64,000 bases of DNA from assembly GCA_951406725.2 (NCBI GenBank), contig OX597814.1:79236001-79300000 (forward strand). The letters run 5' to 3'. Shown here in pieces: positions 25,931 to 38,467 of the stretch. Both the position numbers and the translations under genes were made by a program. Source of the stretch: Octopus vulgaris (Eukaryota). Within the stretch, counting starts at the first letter, position 1, and every line of letters begins with the position of its first letter. Under the pieces are notes generated by a model. That model was not told where the DNA came from and searched no databases. It saw only the letters and a list, made by a program, of their open reading frames with translations.

Positions 25931-26900
25931 ATTTCTTTATTGACAACATAAGCAACTAATGATGAGCTATTACAAAGACAAATAACAAAAAGTAACAGTG
26001 TTTAAACAGAATCGATTATGAATAAAATGGAGAGGAAAATAATAGTATCGAAAAGGAATTAAATGAAGGACATCTATTGGAAGCAGTCACCAACGACCAA
26101 TGAAGGAGCTCCACTCATCCAAAATACTCTTACTGTCCAGAGCAAATAACCTTTCCCAACTGTAGTTACCGACCTACATGCTGAGAATATTCCCTCTAAC
26201 ATAGACTATTTTCGTCACTCTCACCAACCTCTCAGTAAATTTACAGGAGGGCAGCATCTACTTCCCCACTATTACCTTCATCTTCAAAAAGAACTTACAG
26301 AAGTTGATGATAATTTGACCGAAGTGGAAAACTTTCCTCACTCCTTTCAGTGTTGTCTACTGCAGAATCTTTCACTCCAGGCCCAACACAGATGAAAACT
26401 TCCTACCCTTCTCGGCCTGAAAGAAGCTGATAGACAGATCCATGCAACACACACGGCAACATATGTTTCGCATTAATCTACTCGTCAAAGTGAGTGCACA
26501 AAGATTTCATCTTTCGTTGTGCATCTCTTGACTGAGACAGTTCCAACTGACGCAACTGACTTTAGATGTTCGAGAACCAAGTTCTCGCTGGCACTATCAG
26601 ACCAGAATTTTACTGGATGTAGTTCACAGTTCTTAACTTCATCAGCGCCCAATGTGATTTCGAAAACAGCGTCGCTCTTGGCCACCATTAAAACCTTATA
26701 AAATTCAGCATTTGAAACCTCACAGCCACTTTTCCCAACTTGTAGAAAATTGTGAACTCTGGACAACATCTTATATACCCCGACCAACTTAGTGAAAACT
26801 CTGCAAAGGGATTGAAAGCAGCAGATGAAGCTTCTGAGCAAAGGAACGCATGTATTCTATAGGAAGCGAAAGAGAAACTGCATTAATCTGGCCACAAAAA
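25931..26900 (-). mobile_element. Decayed Tx1/L1-like LINE 3' end
   Basis: Minus strand has a decayed knuckle (KRCTTKDEIFVHSL), a C-terminus GQIIINFCKFFLKMKV...KFTERLVRVTKIV..ILSM*, and a T-rich 3' UTR ending aataaagaaat. Confidence 0.6.
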
Positions 26901-28829
26901 AACCCAAAGTAACGAATGACGGCCAAACGGTAAATTATAAGATGCGACATTTGCGTTTGCCACTACTGTTTCTGGATGAAACTAACAATCCTATTCATAA
27001 CTCCGTTCTAGTTTTTATCCACCTGAAGATCTGGTTTGAATGAGAGTAAATGGGTTTCTTTCTCCGTCAGCATTCACGTCGTTTTATAGCACAAACAAAT
27101 CCAAATTTACAAAATCTTTCCGCATGCATTATCTGCGGTAGATTAGACTATGATGAATTAAATAATCTTGAAATCAATAGGTTGTGACTCGAAAGATTTG
27201 GTGATAATTCGCAATCATTAACCTAACTTTTTCTCTTCAGTAAGGTTAAATATTTTGTAAACCTATTAAATCTTAAATGTATAAGTTTTTAAACATTAGA
27301 AGTTTTAATGCGTTTTAAACATGAAAATATTTTAAAGCATTTATATATAAATATAAAATTATATATGTTTTAAGCCATAAATACTTTTTAATGTTTGTAT
27401 GTCTGTTTTAGACACCAATATATTCAAATAACCAATATGTTTAATCTTATAATCATGTTTACTATATTGAACTAATTTATTACTTCAATGCTTTTGATTC
27501 TTATGGAATTAAACGTTCATTTGTGTTTATCTAGATATTTAATTTTCACAAATATGTGTGATATTCTTGGTTTTAAAAATTCAAGAAATTTCATACGTAT
27601 CTCTATTTAATTTCATACCAATTTAGAACCAGCACTGAGCTGTTTCTAAACTTGTGAAAGTGAAACCCTACACTGTAATACTGCTACCACATCTGAGACG
27701 AGGCAACTGCTACATACACTATCATCCTTGGCTAGACCTAAAAGAAATTTATTCAGCTGTTTGGCAAACGTTTGCTGGCCGACATACTTCAACTACTACC
27801 TCACAAGCGCGCATTTTCTTTTCTCAACATCTGTCATTAAAACTACTGCTCTGTTCCTCTGGTCACTGCTACTACTGCCGCTGCTTTTCTGCACTAGCTT
27901 TCTGCTTAATCTATTACGTTTTTATTGCAACCATCGATTCACAGATGTTTAAGTTGAACTTTAACTGCATAAACTTCACCATTCATAGAGAACCTGAAAC
28001 GATCATAAGTACTGTCCCTCCTCCTCTTGTAGAAATAACATTCCAAGTTCAAACCCTACCAGAGTCTTTAAACGCTACGTTCATCTACATCTCAGTACAG
28101 ATTAGCCTTCTGGAAAGCGTCACTTGCAAAATAAATTAGCCAGCGACTTGTAGAAATTGTAATTACATCTCGGTGGAAGCAAACTCATTTCTATTCGTTG
28201 CAAAATAGCCTTAGCGAAATCTTAGACAACATTACCATCATTTAAAATATAGTGTCTTTGTAGAATGTCGAAGGAATTGATATTACGAAAAACGTTCATT
28301 ATGAATTTTACATTTAAGTACGAGGCCAATTGTTGAAAAGGGAGAAGTATAATAGATTGCGTTGATCCTCTGTGTATTACAGGTACTTTAAATTAGTGGG
28401 TAGAATGAGAAGTGACATTAATCCTGGCGAGATTTCAAGACTGTAGAGAACCGAAACCAAATATTTAATGCATACATTTCACCGGGTATCTTAACTTTAC
28501 TCTTTTATCTAGACGGGTTACTTTTTGAAAACTAATTGATCCTATTTAGTATTTACAAAATCATAAGAGTTTTGGACTAAATACCTTGCAGTACGGTTAT
28601 TTACCATTTGGGTTCAACTGACACTGAGGTTAACTTAGCCATTCATTCCTCCATTGTCGACTAGTAAAGTATAGGATATAATTAACAAACTAACCTCTTC
28701 CTCTGTACCTGTGGCTTTGTACGTATGTTAGAAATTATAATTAAAATTTCACGGGTGGGCGATTGACGGAATCATCGGAGCATTGCAGTATTTCTAACTC
28801 GCTTCCTAACTTGGAAACAATTATTTTGG

Positions 28830-29240
28830 TGGTGGATTGACTGAATCGTTAGAAGTCGAATGCCTTGCGATATTTGTTCCAACTCTTTACGTTCTGAGCT
28901 TAAATCCTGCCGACGTTAGGTTTAGTTTTCATTGTTACGGGGTCGATAAATTAAAGTACCGATCAAGAACCAATATAATCGACTGTTCCCCTCCCTCAAC
29001 TGTGTGGCTTTATGCCTGTGCTACAAATGAGAACAACAACCATTATCATTATAATTTGTTAAAGTGGAGAGCTGGCAGAATTGTTAACGCATCGGACAAA
29101 ATGCTTAGCGGCATTTGTTCCAGCTCTTTACGTTCTAAGTTTTGAGGTCGATGAAATAAAGTATCAGCCAAGTTCTTTAGTCAAGGTAATCAATTGCCCC
29201 TAAAATTGCTGGCCTCGCTTCAAAAATTGAAACCATTATA
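28830..29240 (+). mobile_element. Two old SINE family B copies
   Basis: gaatcgttag...tttacgttctgag...gggtcgataaa motifs occur twice. Confidence 0.75.
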
Positions 29241-29388
29241 ATTTGTTAATCCTTTTGAGACACTCGGTGGTATGCTATATGTAGCCAAACCACCGTTTTT
29301 TTCCTGTTGAGATTGAACTTGATGGGTGCATGTAGAAAACAAAGGGTAGAGTGCTTAAAACTATTTTATTAATATGTAAAGCTATATA

Positions 29389-29722
29389 TCTATACATATA
29401 AATTTGACATGGGCGATTCTTTCTTTTCTTGGGATTCACGGTCAAACGGATGGGTGGAAAATGCGCGGAAGATTACACAGATGTGTAGAATGATCCGGTG
29501 GTGCTGCTGGGCTTTGTATTTTTTCATAGCTCCCACGGTTACCGAGATAATATACTATAATAATACTCTTGTATTTATGAATGAGAAAAGAAGGGGTAAT
29601 AGATGAATAAGGATGGAAGGGGTGATGTCATACTTGGTAGTGGGATGATGAAAATTGTACGCTGAAAAAATAAATCAAACAGCGTTTCAACTGTGTATGA
29701 AAAGGAGGGGTATGAGAATGCA

Positions 29723-29761
<39 letters not shown>

Positions 29762-30000
29762 AATGGAAGTGGGATGGTTCATCTTTGTTCGTTTAGCATT
29801 TGGACTTATTTTTTGACTTGGCTGAATCTTGGTTGCTCTTTATTTGTTGTTCAGTTATTATTAGCGTTTTGACAAAAAAAGTCATTCTAAAATTATTTCT
29901 TTTAACGTAAGCGTGCCCAAACAAGTCGAATGCTTACACAGAGCAGGTTTTATAGCCGCATCATCCAAACTGACCGGGTGAAACCGGGCTTAGCTGCTAG
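29389..30000 (+). mobile_element. Non-autonomous Helitron
   Basis: A|TC 5' end (tctatacatataaat), subterminal hairpin ccgggtgaaaccgg, and CTAG|T 3' end at 29997-30001. No TSD. Confidence 0.85.
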
Positions 30001-30026
30001 TATTATATAATTTCATATTATATAGC

Positions 30027-30428
30027 CGCAGGAGTGGCTGTGTGGTAAGTAGCTTGCTTACCAACCACATGGTTCCGGGTTCAGTCCCATTGCGTGGCAT
30101 CTTGGGCAAGTGTCTTCTGCTATAGCCCCGGGCCGACCAATGTCTTATGAGTTGATTTGGTAGACGGAAACTGAAAGAAGCCTGTTGTATATATGTATAT
30201 ATATATATGTGTGTGTGTTTGTGTGTCTGTGTTTGTCCCCCTAGCATTGCTTGACAACCGATGCTGGTGTGTTTACGTCCCCGTCACTTAGCGGTTCGGC
30301 AAAAGAGACCAATAGAATAAGTACTGGGCTTACAAAGAATGAGTCCCGGGGTCGAGTTGCTCGACTAAAGGCGGTGCTCCAGCATGGCTGCAGTCAAATG
30401 ACTGATACAAGTAAAAGAGTAAAAGAGA
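30027..30428 (+). mobile_element. SINE family A, best-preserved copy
   Basis: gcaggagtggctgtgtggtaagtagcttgcttaccaaccacatggttccgggttcagtccc...gtaaaagagtaaaagag. Confidence 0.93.
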
Positions 30429-30566
30429 ATATCTACTGAAAGACGATCCCTGATAGGCTATTACACCTCAAAACGTTTGTTTCGTCGGGCCGATGGATCA
30501 GCCTCAAAGTCTTTTCAGCTTGTATCACCTGAGCCGGTCAATCGGCCCGGATGTCACTAGAGGATT

Positions 30567-30783
30567 AAGGCGGCGCGCTGGAACAATTGTTTGCATGTCA
30601 GGCAAAATGCATAGCGCCATTTCTTCCGGATCTTTATGTTATGAGTTCAAATTCCGCCGAGGTCGGCTTTACTTTTCATCCTTTCGGAGTCGATAAAATA
30701 AGTACTAGTTGAGCACTGGGGTCGATGTAATAGACTACCCTCGTCCTCTAAATTGCTGGTCTTTTGCCAAAATTTGAAACCAT
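30567..30783 (+). mobile_element. SINE family B
   Basis: aaggcggcgcgctgg...gagttcaaattccgccgagg...ccaaaatttgaaacca. Confidence 0.88.
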
Positions 30784-30889
30784 AATTTGTTGCTGTAGTT
30801 CCAATTGCAACCATCCGGGCAACCTTTTAGATGTCGCTTATCTAAGAAGCGAGCTTCTCAAGACGCAGCCACTCCTGCAATGGTATTTA

Positions 30890-32124
30890 TTAGGTTATCA
30901 CACATGAAATGTCGTACGTCAAAGGTAACAATAGAATGTTTCAGAAGTGTTAGAGAACTGATTTATTTAATCAAAGTATGATCCATGTTCATTTATGACC
31001 TTTACCCAACGTTTCTCCAAGTCGTATATGCTACCTTATGAAAACAATTTTATCTTTGCTGTGATGAACTGTCCGAATGCTCCAATTACTTCTTCTCTAT
31101 TTAAGAATGTTTTATTGCGTATGAGAAGCTCAAAATGCTTCAATAAGTGATAATCAGTTGGAGAGATAGCAGGGGAATTGGGACGATGTTGCAAAATCTC
31201 ATAATTCAGGCTTTGCAACTTTTGGACCGTAGCTTGAGAAGTGTGAGGACGTGTATTATCATGGAGAAAAATTGGGCCATCTCTGTTCACTAGTCTAGGT
31301 TGCTTCTTTTTTTGATTTATCATGCATACAATCAATTTCTTGGCAATACGATGTTGTTGTTACCGTTTTCCCTCATTGAAAAAAGGAATAATGAATAACC
31401 CCCTTCGCAGCTCACCATACAGTGACCACTAACATTTTAGGGTGCAATGGTAGTTTTGGGTAGTGTTTAGGTGATTCTCCTGCCTCTAATCACTGCTCTG
31501 TCCTCCTGCTGTTATCAACAAGTATCCATTTTTCATCACATGTAATTATTCGATGAAAAAATGGTTCTTTTTCCAGTCAAGAAAGCAATAAGGAGCACAC
31601 TTCGAGGCGCCTGCTTTTTTGAATCTCGTTCAGTTGATGTGAAACAAACCTATCCATTTTCTTGACTTCTCGAATTTTTTCAGGTGTCCAAAACCAGTTG
31701 TGCGAGATGTTTGGAGCTCTGATGAAAGTTTTCGGATAGTTGTTCTCGGATTTTGTTCAACCAAAGCATTTAATCTATCATGCCGGTAACTGATTTTGGC
31801 ATCCCCCTTGGTTAATTTTCAAGGCTATCATCTCCTTTAGAACCATCTCTGAACAGTTCTGATGTCAACAAAACCACTACCAAAGGCCCGCTTGATATTC
31901 CGTAGAGCTCCTGCAGTATATTGACCCAGTTTGTACTCATACAAGAAAGTCATTCAACATTGGTTGTTATCCTTTTAATAAGGTCTGTATGTACGAATTT
32001 TGTATACCAATATTGTTTGGAAAGAAAGAGTCAAGATTAAATGCAAGGGTATACATAATTGAGTTTTTAAATGACTGAAATAACAAGTAATTAAAAATGC
32101 GACATTTCATGTGAAACGACCTAA
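30890..32124 (-). mobile_element. mariner (DD34D) transposon, full length, dead transposase
   Basis: TIRs ttaggttatcacacatgaaatgtcg and cgacatttcatgtgaaacgacctaa with flanking TA. IITCDEKWILVDN, then FLHDNTRPH...SPAISPTDYHL with 34 residues between the last two D. Confidence 0.95.
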
Positions 32125-32407
32125 TACTTTAGCGATAACTAATTGCCGAATTGCAAAACTATGCTTTTTGATGCAACACTGATTTCGGTGTTATGTCAAA
32201 TACATAAGCACAAACATACATACGCACAACGGACTTCTGCACGGGTTTCGTCAATCAAATTCCAATCACAATGTATTGGTTAGTTCTCTCCTCACTGCAT
32301 AATTTAATTTGATTTGTTATAATTTTTCGTCGACTAAAATCACATGTATTCTCTCCTCTAACCTTTGCGACAATAATTTCCCTAACGCTACTGAATTTCC
32401 CTTTTAC

Positions 32408-32571
32408 TGTAACGTAGTTAGTGGGTGAGGACGAGGAAGTGACTCAGCCACAACGACGCTTTTATGAGGGGTAGCAATTCTGGATCTGCTGTATAATGTA
32501 GACTTGGGTGCCCATTAGGAGCGGCAGACTCAAGGGCTGCCATGAGCGGTACACACTTTAGCTACGATTGG
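32408..32571. mobile_element. Diverged copy of the 14122 hAT MITE
   Basis: gtaacgtagttag...gagcggcagactcaagggctgcc...gcggtacacactttagctacg. Confidence 0.7.
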
Positions 32572-32823
32572 AACTGAAAATTCAGGACAGGCACGGGGCA
32601 TGTGGTGTGGCACATCGCTGCGCCCACCATTTGTGTATAATTTCCTACTCTTGGCGGCTCAAACCTTTGCATCACTTTGCGACGACCCTCCAACCCATGG
32701 GACTGGTTGGGTAGTCGCTGCTGGTGAGGGTTTTACGAGTGTAAATCATACCTGGACCTCTTTTAGTGCCTTTTACAACACGCTGAGGAAATGGGTCTAT
32801 TTTTTGGAATGTCGGTCTCACCG

Positions 32824-32824
<1 letters not shown>

Positions 32825-32897
<73 letters not shown>
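32825..32897. repeat. (TAC)n microsatellite
   Basis: Seen directly. Possibly the tail of an unidentified retroposon at 32590-32825. Confidence 0.95.
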
Positions 32898-32960
32898 GCC
32901 GGTATTAAGGAAGGATAGAAAAATATTAGATTTCTAAGCCCTAAAATTCACTCCATAATT

Positions 32961-33195
32961 GCCCACGGGCATATGATGTAGTGGTTAAGAGCGCGGGCCA
33001 CTAACCCCAAGATTCCAAGTTCGATTCCAGACAGCGACCTGAATAATAATAATAATAATAATAACATTAAAAAATACCTTAGGTTAGAAATTTCCCCAAG
33101 ATACCTGATAAAGGCTGGAGGGTATATCAGCCGAAACGTTGTGTTAACAACAAACAAGATGAGGACAAATATCTGTCAAATGTAAATAATGTAAA
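32961..33195 (+). mobile_element. tRNA-headed, hammerhead-bearing short element (copy 1)
   Basis: A-box tgatgtagtggtt, B-box agttcgattcc, (AAT)n spacer, hammerhead region, aaatgtaaataatgtaaa end. Colinear with 49046-49290. Confidence 0.85.
33100..33145 (+). ncRNA. Minimal type I hammerhead ribozyme motif (core mutated CUGAUGA to CUGAUAA)
   Basis: gatac-CTGATAA-a-ggctg gagggtatat cagcc-GAAA-cgtt-gtgtt. Stem I gauac/guguu, perfect stem II, palindromic ACGU in place of stem III. Confidence 0.7.
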
Positions 33196-33196
33196 G

Positions 33197-33398
33197 AGTT
33201 CACTGAGCTGTAGAAATGAGTTGCAACGTCATTGGTGCCGAGCTGTATCGGCTTTTGCCGATGGTGTGGGGAGGGGAGGCTGGTGTGCATGGGTGACTGC
33301 TGGTCCTCTGTACACAACTTTTCCCGGGCTTGTACCTTGGAGGGTAAAATACTAGGTGCAAACCAATGGTTGTTCATGACCAAAGTGAGTCTTTTTAC
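33197..33398 (+). mobile_element. 3' part of another SINE-like repeat
   Basis: cactgagctgtagaaatgagttgcaacgtc...ggtgcaaaccaatggttgttcatgacc. GC-richer repeat-like body lacking a head; resembles an octopus repeat I recall but cannot confirm. Confidence 0.5.
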
Positions 33399-34356
33399 AT
33401 AACTACGATCCGTCTGGCATCACATAAGTTCGCTTCTTAACCGCATAAGTATGGCTATGCAGTTGTGAAGCGAATGTAACCGTTCTGTAACTGTTGTTGC
33501 GATTGCAGCGTGGAAGATCTCAGTTGGCTATTCAGAAACACGCAAAGACCGTTAACTTCATTTAAACACTTGTTTAAACATTCAATAGATCGTTCTCTTC
33601 CCTACATTTGTAACTAGCTTGAAAGCCGCACTCCATGCCAACTTTTAAGCTGGCTCCTGCGGAGCGCTAATTGGACCTGCAATCCCAAACTAGAGGCAGT
33701 TAAATAGCATGACTATAATACATCTATTATGACTATATGCCCCGGTGGTGTTTGATCTGAGGTTAAGGACGAATGAGAATTAATTCTGAAGTTCTATTCC
33801 CAAGAATTTCAGCTATTGGCCAGTTTGTTCCAAATTTCTTACCTCGACGTAAAATTAACGAAGCGAATGTTATTTATCTCCCCCTTGATCTCTGACGTCA
33901 TTTGACAAACGCCAACCAGGATGACGTGAATCAGCCAAGCTTTATCTGCAAGAAATAGCAACCCAAATGCTTTAAAACCAGATCCTAATTCTGGATGTCC
34001 AAGAACCAAATGAAGGGCAGATTTTCAATCCCAGGATCATTCTGATTCCAAAAGAGTATATCTCTGTATAGAGCAAATGTAGGTTTAGATACAGGGGCCC
34101 CAGACGGACAGACAGAATTTCGCTTATTATAGGTATGGTGTGAGAATTTTTTTGTCAGTGACCAGGTTACAGTTTCGAGCGATGAAAATTTTGACACTAT
34201 ATAACAAATAAATGCTTAAATGAAGTTAACGTTGCAATCGCTTTAGTTTCAGCACACGATCTCTAATCAACTAATCAAAATACTTGCTATACAATGTTCA
34301 TCTTTGTAACTATTGTTTTTTTCAAACTAATGTCAATCTTTAATATCTACTACCTA

Positions 34357-34572
34357 AAGTCGGCGAGCTGGTAGAATCGTTACCGTGCCGGGCAAAATGC
34401 ATAGCGGTGGCATTACGTTCTGAGTTTAAATTCTGCCAAGGTTGACTTTTGCCTTTCATCCTTTTGGGATCGAAACCATGAGTATCAGTTGAGTATTGGG
34501 GTCGATGTAATCGACTTAAACCTAAACCCTCCCCACTAACTTGCTGGCCTTGTACCAAAAATTTAAAATCAA
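34357..34572 (+). mobile_element. SINE family B
   Basis: ggcgagctggtagaatcgtta...gttgacttttgcctttcatcc...ggccttgtaccaaaa. Confidence 0.88.
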
Positions 34573-35009
34573 TATCTATCATCTGGGCCTAAATGGTTGG
34601 TGGGTGCCAGAAAAGGTAGAGAAGTATTTAGCAAACCTTATTTACGTTCTGAGCTCAAATACTGCCTGAAGTTAACTTAGTCTTTCATCCAAGGGGGCAG
34701 TGAGGTTCGATAAAACAAGTACTAGTCAAGTATTGAGTTCGATTTAATAGATCGTTCTCTTCCCTTACATTTATGGTCTGGTGCCAATGTGTTCGATATC
34801 AATATTTCACCGTTTTATATTTACCATGTACACGATGCAACTGAATGTCTCATAAACTCGTACAATTTAATATGATGTTTCATATCGTATGTTTACGTCA
34901 ACGAAGCAGAATATGTGATAGGTCTATTTTATCGATCACATTTTATATTCCATAACAATAAACTATATTGAATTGGGTTTTAGTTTCTCGCTAGAAGGTA
35001 TGTAATTCT

Positions 35010-35074
35010 TGCTGCTGCTTCTGCTACTGGTGGTGGTGGCGGCGGCGGTACTGTTTCTGTTGCTGCTGCTGCTG

Positions 35075-35130
<56 letters not shown>

Positions 35131-35181
35131 AATACTACTACTACTACCACTACTATAAAAACCACCACCACCACCACTACC

Positions 35182-35215
<34 letters not shown>

Positions 35216-35495
35216 ACATCACCAGTACTACAACTATTACCACAAATACTACCTACTACTACTACTACCTCTGCCACTACCGCCACCACCACCACCACCA
35301 CCACCACCACCACCACCATTCACTACTACTACTACTACCTCTGCCACTACCACCACCACCACCACCACCACCACCATTCACTACTGCTACTACTACTACT
35401 AACATCACCAGTACTACAACTATTACCACTAATACTATCAACAACAACAACAACAACAACAACAACAACTACTACTACTACTACTAACACTACTA
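35010..35495. repeat. Compound trinucleotide tract (CTG/CTA/CAC/CAA) with internal block duplications
   Basis: ctactactaacatcaccagtactacaactattaccac occurs twice and ctactacctctgccactac occurs twice. Confidence 0.95.
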
Positions 35496-37869
35496 GCTTG
35501 AGCGTCTTCGCAGATTAGGGGCTTTGTACAAAAGCGTGTTATGTAGTGAAAATAATATTCGATGCAAAAATTACTTGATATATATTTTTAAAATTTTAAG
35601 TGAGATAATATACTTTTTGCTTCTTCTCTAAAAGTAATTTTTATTAACCAGCTCTTTGCTTAAGAGTAAGAAAGTTATTATTTTATTATTTTGTTTGTAG
35701 TGTACGGAAATTGGAGTTCCATCCTATTGCTTCTCCAAACTTTCTCAAATTTTCTGACTTTTTTTGTTTTCTATAATTCCAGCAAAGTTCTTCAATTGTT
35801 AACGTCTAATTCTGTTGTTTATTTCCAATTTCGGAAGCTATTGTTTGTTTGGCATGAAATATATTTTGTTGCATTTCCCCCCCCCTCTCTCTCTCTCAAA
35901 CACACTCTACTTCTCTGTACGCACTCCATTTCTTTGAATTTTCTTTATTCATTATTTGAATTTTCTTTATTCATTATTTATATATTTTCTCTTTGCATTT
36001 CAACTTTTGCCTTGATAATTTTCTAAAATACTCTCTTTTCTCTTAGGTTATTTTTTAAAATTGGCTTTGGACTCTTTCCAATTTATTTTCTTTTCCGTGT
36101 TTTACTTTATTCAACCATTTATTTTTAAATTCCGCCGTTTTATCATGGAGATATTTGATCTCGCGAATATGCTTTCTTTTTTCTTCTTGCACGTTTTAAA
36201 TATATCTTCATATATTTTTCTGAATCTACTTCTGATTGTTTTTGTTTGTTTCATCTCTTTTGCGTACATTTTACCCTTGTTTTTATTTTAAAATTTCCTC
36301 TATGTATTGTTAATATATCTGTTGTTTAAAACACAGTTCACAATTTGATAAATTCCGTTATATTCTCATCTAGCTTTTCTTTACACCCACTTTCTACGAT
36401 ATTATTCCAGTTTTGTTTTAGTTTTCACTTTAACATTGATTAGGTTCATCCATTGTTTTCTTCCTACATCTTTTTCTAGTTTCGTTCTGCATTGTTAATA
36501 TTCTGTTGGTTTGATTGGTGTAGTGTTTGTTTATGTATGTTTGTATTGAAAGGTTTCTATGACAACAACATGTCCTTTGCATATTAAGCTCATTGATATA
36601 CTACAGGGTCAAACCTCTAGTTGAGGTTTCTCTGTTTAATTTACATAATTATAAATCGAGCTTGATACAAACCACTTCGCTTTTCATTGTTTTAACTTTA
36701 CGCTTGTCACTAGTTCGTTTATTCATCATTCATTTATTCATACATTCGCTCATTCGTTCATTCGTTAGTTCGTTCATTCAGTCATACATTTGTTTATTTG
36801 AGTGTTGCTTTTGTTATATTGATTCAACGATCGTTTTGTTTAGATAGATGTTGATTGGAAATTGATACCGAAGCTTGCTTTTAACGTTATTTTTATATTT
36901 TGTTCTGTTTTTGATTTGCTTTGATAAAATACTAGTAATATTAGACTGAATATATTAATGAAACAATTATTTCATTATATTCCATTGCTTCCATCAACCT
37001 CTTTATGGATCTACATTATTTTCTATCAAAGTAAAAAGAAAAAAGATAAAACAACAGAAAAACAGGACCATTGTTAATAGAATCTCAAATTGTTCGATAA
37101 GTTGTTTGTATTTAGTTCTCTTTCAGTAAAAATTATAGGTGTTTTTGTTTTGTGTTGTTTGTGGGTTTGAGTAATTAATAAATTGATATAAGCATTATTC
37201 AGATAATTATTTTCTCTTTTCGCCTTTTGCTTTTTACTACATTTCGATCGACAAATATATATAAATATACATGCAATAAAAACTTGCCTGCTTGTCAAAT
37301 CGATTGAATACTGGACTGCCATTTGAACGATTAACAATTCATATATCATCATTATCATGGACGATATTACGTGTACATAAGCAAACATTTTATGATATAT
37401 CTTAACCACTTTTGGTTAACATCTTTTGGTTAACTTTATATTCAGGCGCAGACAGATGATGAAGGCTGTATCGTCCACGCCTTTCAGAAATACATTACTG
37501 ACATTATGAAATTGCTTGAACAATAATTAATGAACACACTTGAAACAGCTATAGAGAAACAAGTCGTCTTGAGAAGTTTCTCTGAGACATCACGTTACAG
37601 CTCGTGCTGTTTCCTTTGGAACTACGTTAAGTGTATACGTGTTTGTGGAGTGCTCAGCCACTTGTACGTTAATTTCACGAGCAGACTAACAATCTATATT
37701 ACTAAAAATCTATATGACTGATCTAACCACCTAAAGCCTATCTTCTTATCTATCTACCTATTTACCTGCTTTACTGCCTACTTACGAATGTACCCATGTA
37801 TGTAGGCTGCGTGGGTGATACCTGTGGCATTGTGGTGTCTCTACCTTTGACGTGTATTTTCTATTTAGT

Positions 37870-38400
37870 ATGGATAATGTTTCATTTATGAAGGCGAACT
37901 CTTGTATTTGTCTAGGTGATGGATCCTTTGGGTATTTGGACAAAATGTGAATGTCAATTCGGCCCAGTGTGCTACCATGTTGGTCTTTGGCATGTCGCTA
38001 GAGTGTTTGTTTTCATTATAATATATCCGGTGCATGTTTAGCCTCTTTGCTATACTCCTAGAGATTTCCTCAATGTATTCCGTGTTTCTGTCCTTACAAA
38101 CTTCTTCCATGCCCCTTATACTATAGATTACGTTCCTAGTTTTACAGTTAATATTTGGGTTAAACTTACATACTATACGAACTCATATAAATAATCTTGC
38201 AAACCGGATACAAAAACGAAGTAGAATAAGCTTTCAATGTTTTCTTTACTGATTCCTATATCAGAAATGTTTTCCGGCATAGCTCAGAATGTCCGCGGTT
38301 GACCAAATTTACCTGGGGCCGAAACATTGATGAAGACATTCTAAACAAACCACTGTGTTTTTTAACACGCAAATTTCTGTGGGAAGTTGTATGACAAATA
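37870..38400 (-). mobile_element. Penelope-like element remnant (Neptune-like GIY-YIG)
   Basis: Minus strand reads SMFRPQVNLVNR...PNINCKTRNVIYSI...VCKDRNTEYIEEISRSIAKRLNMHR, matching INCxTxNVIYxIxC..C...YIGETxRxLxxRxxxHR. Confidence 0.75.
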
Positions 38401-38467
38401 TTACAGCTAGTGTCATTATATATCTGAATAGACATAATAAATGTCATTCACATTGTTATTTTATTGA

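Noticed and set aside
27222-27250. ctaac-polypyrimidine-cag followed by taaggt as recursive splice site or microexon
   Set aside because: Lacks the AG|GT ratchet junction, and such motifs arise by chance in AT-rich DNA. No support without RNA data.
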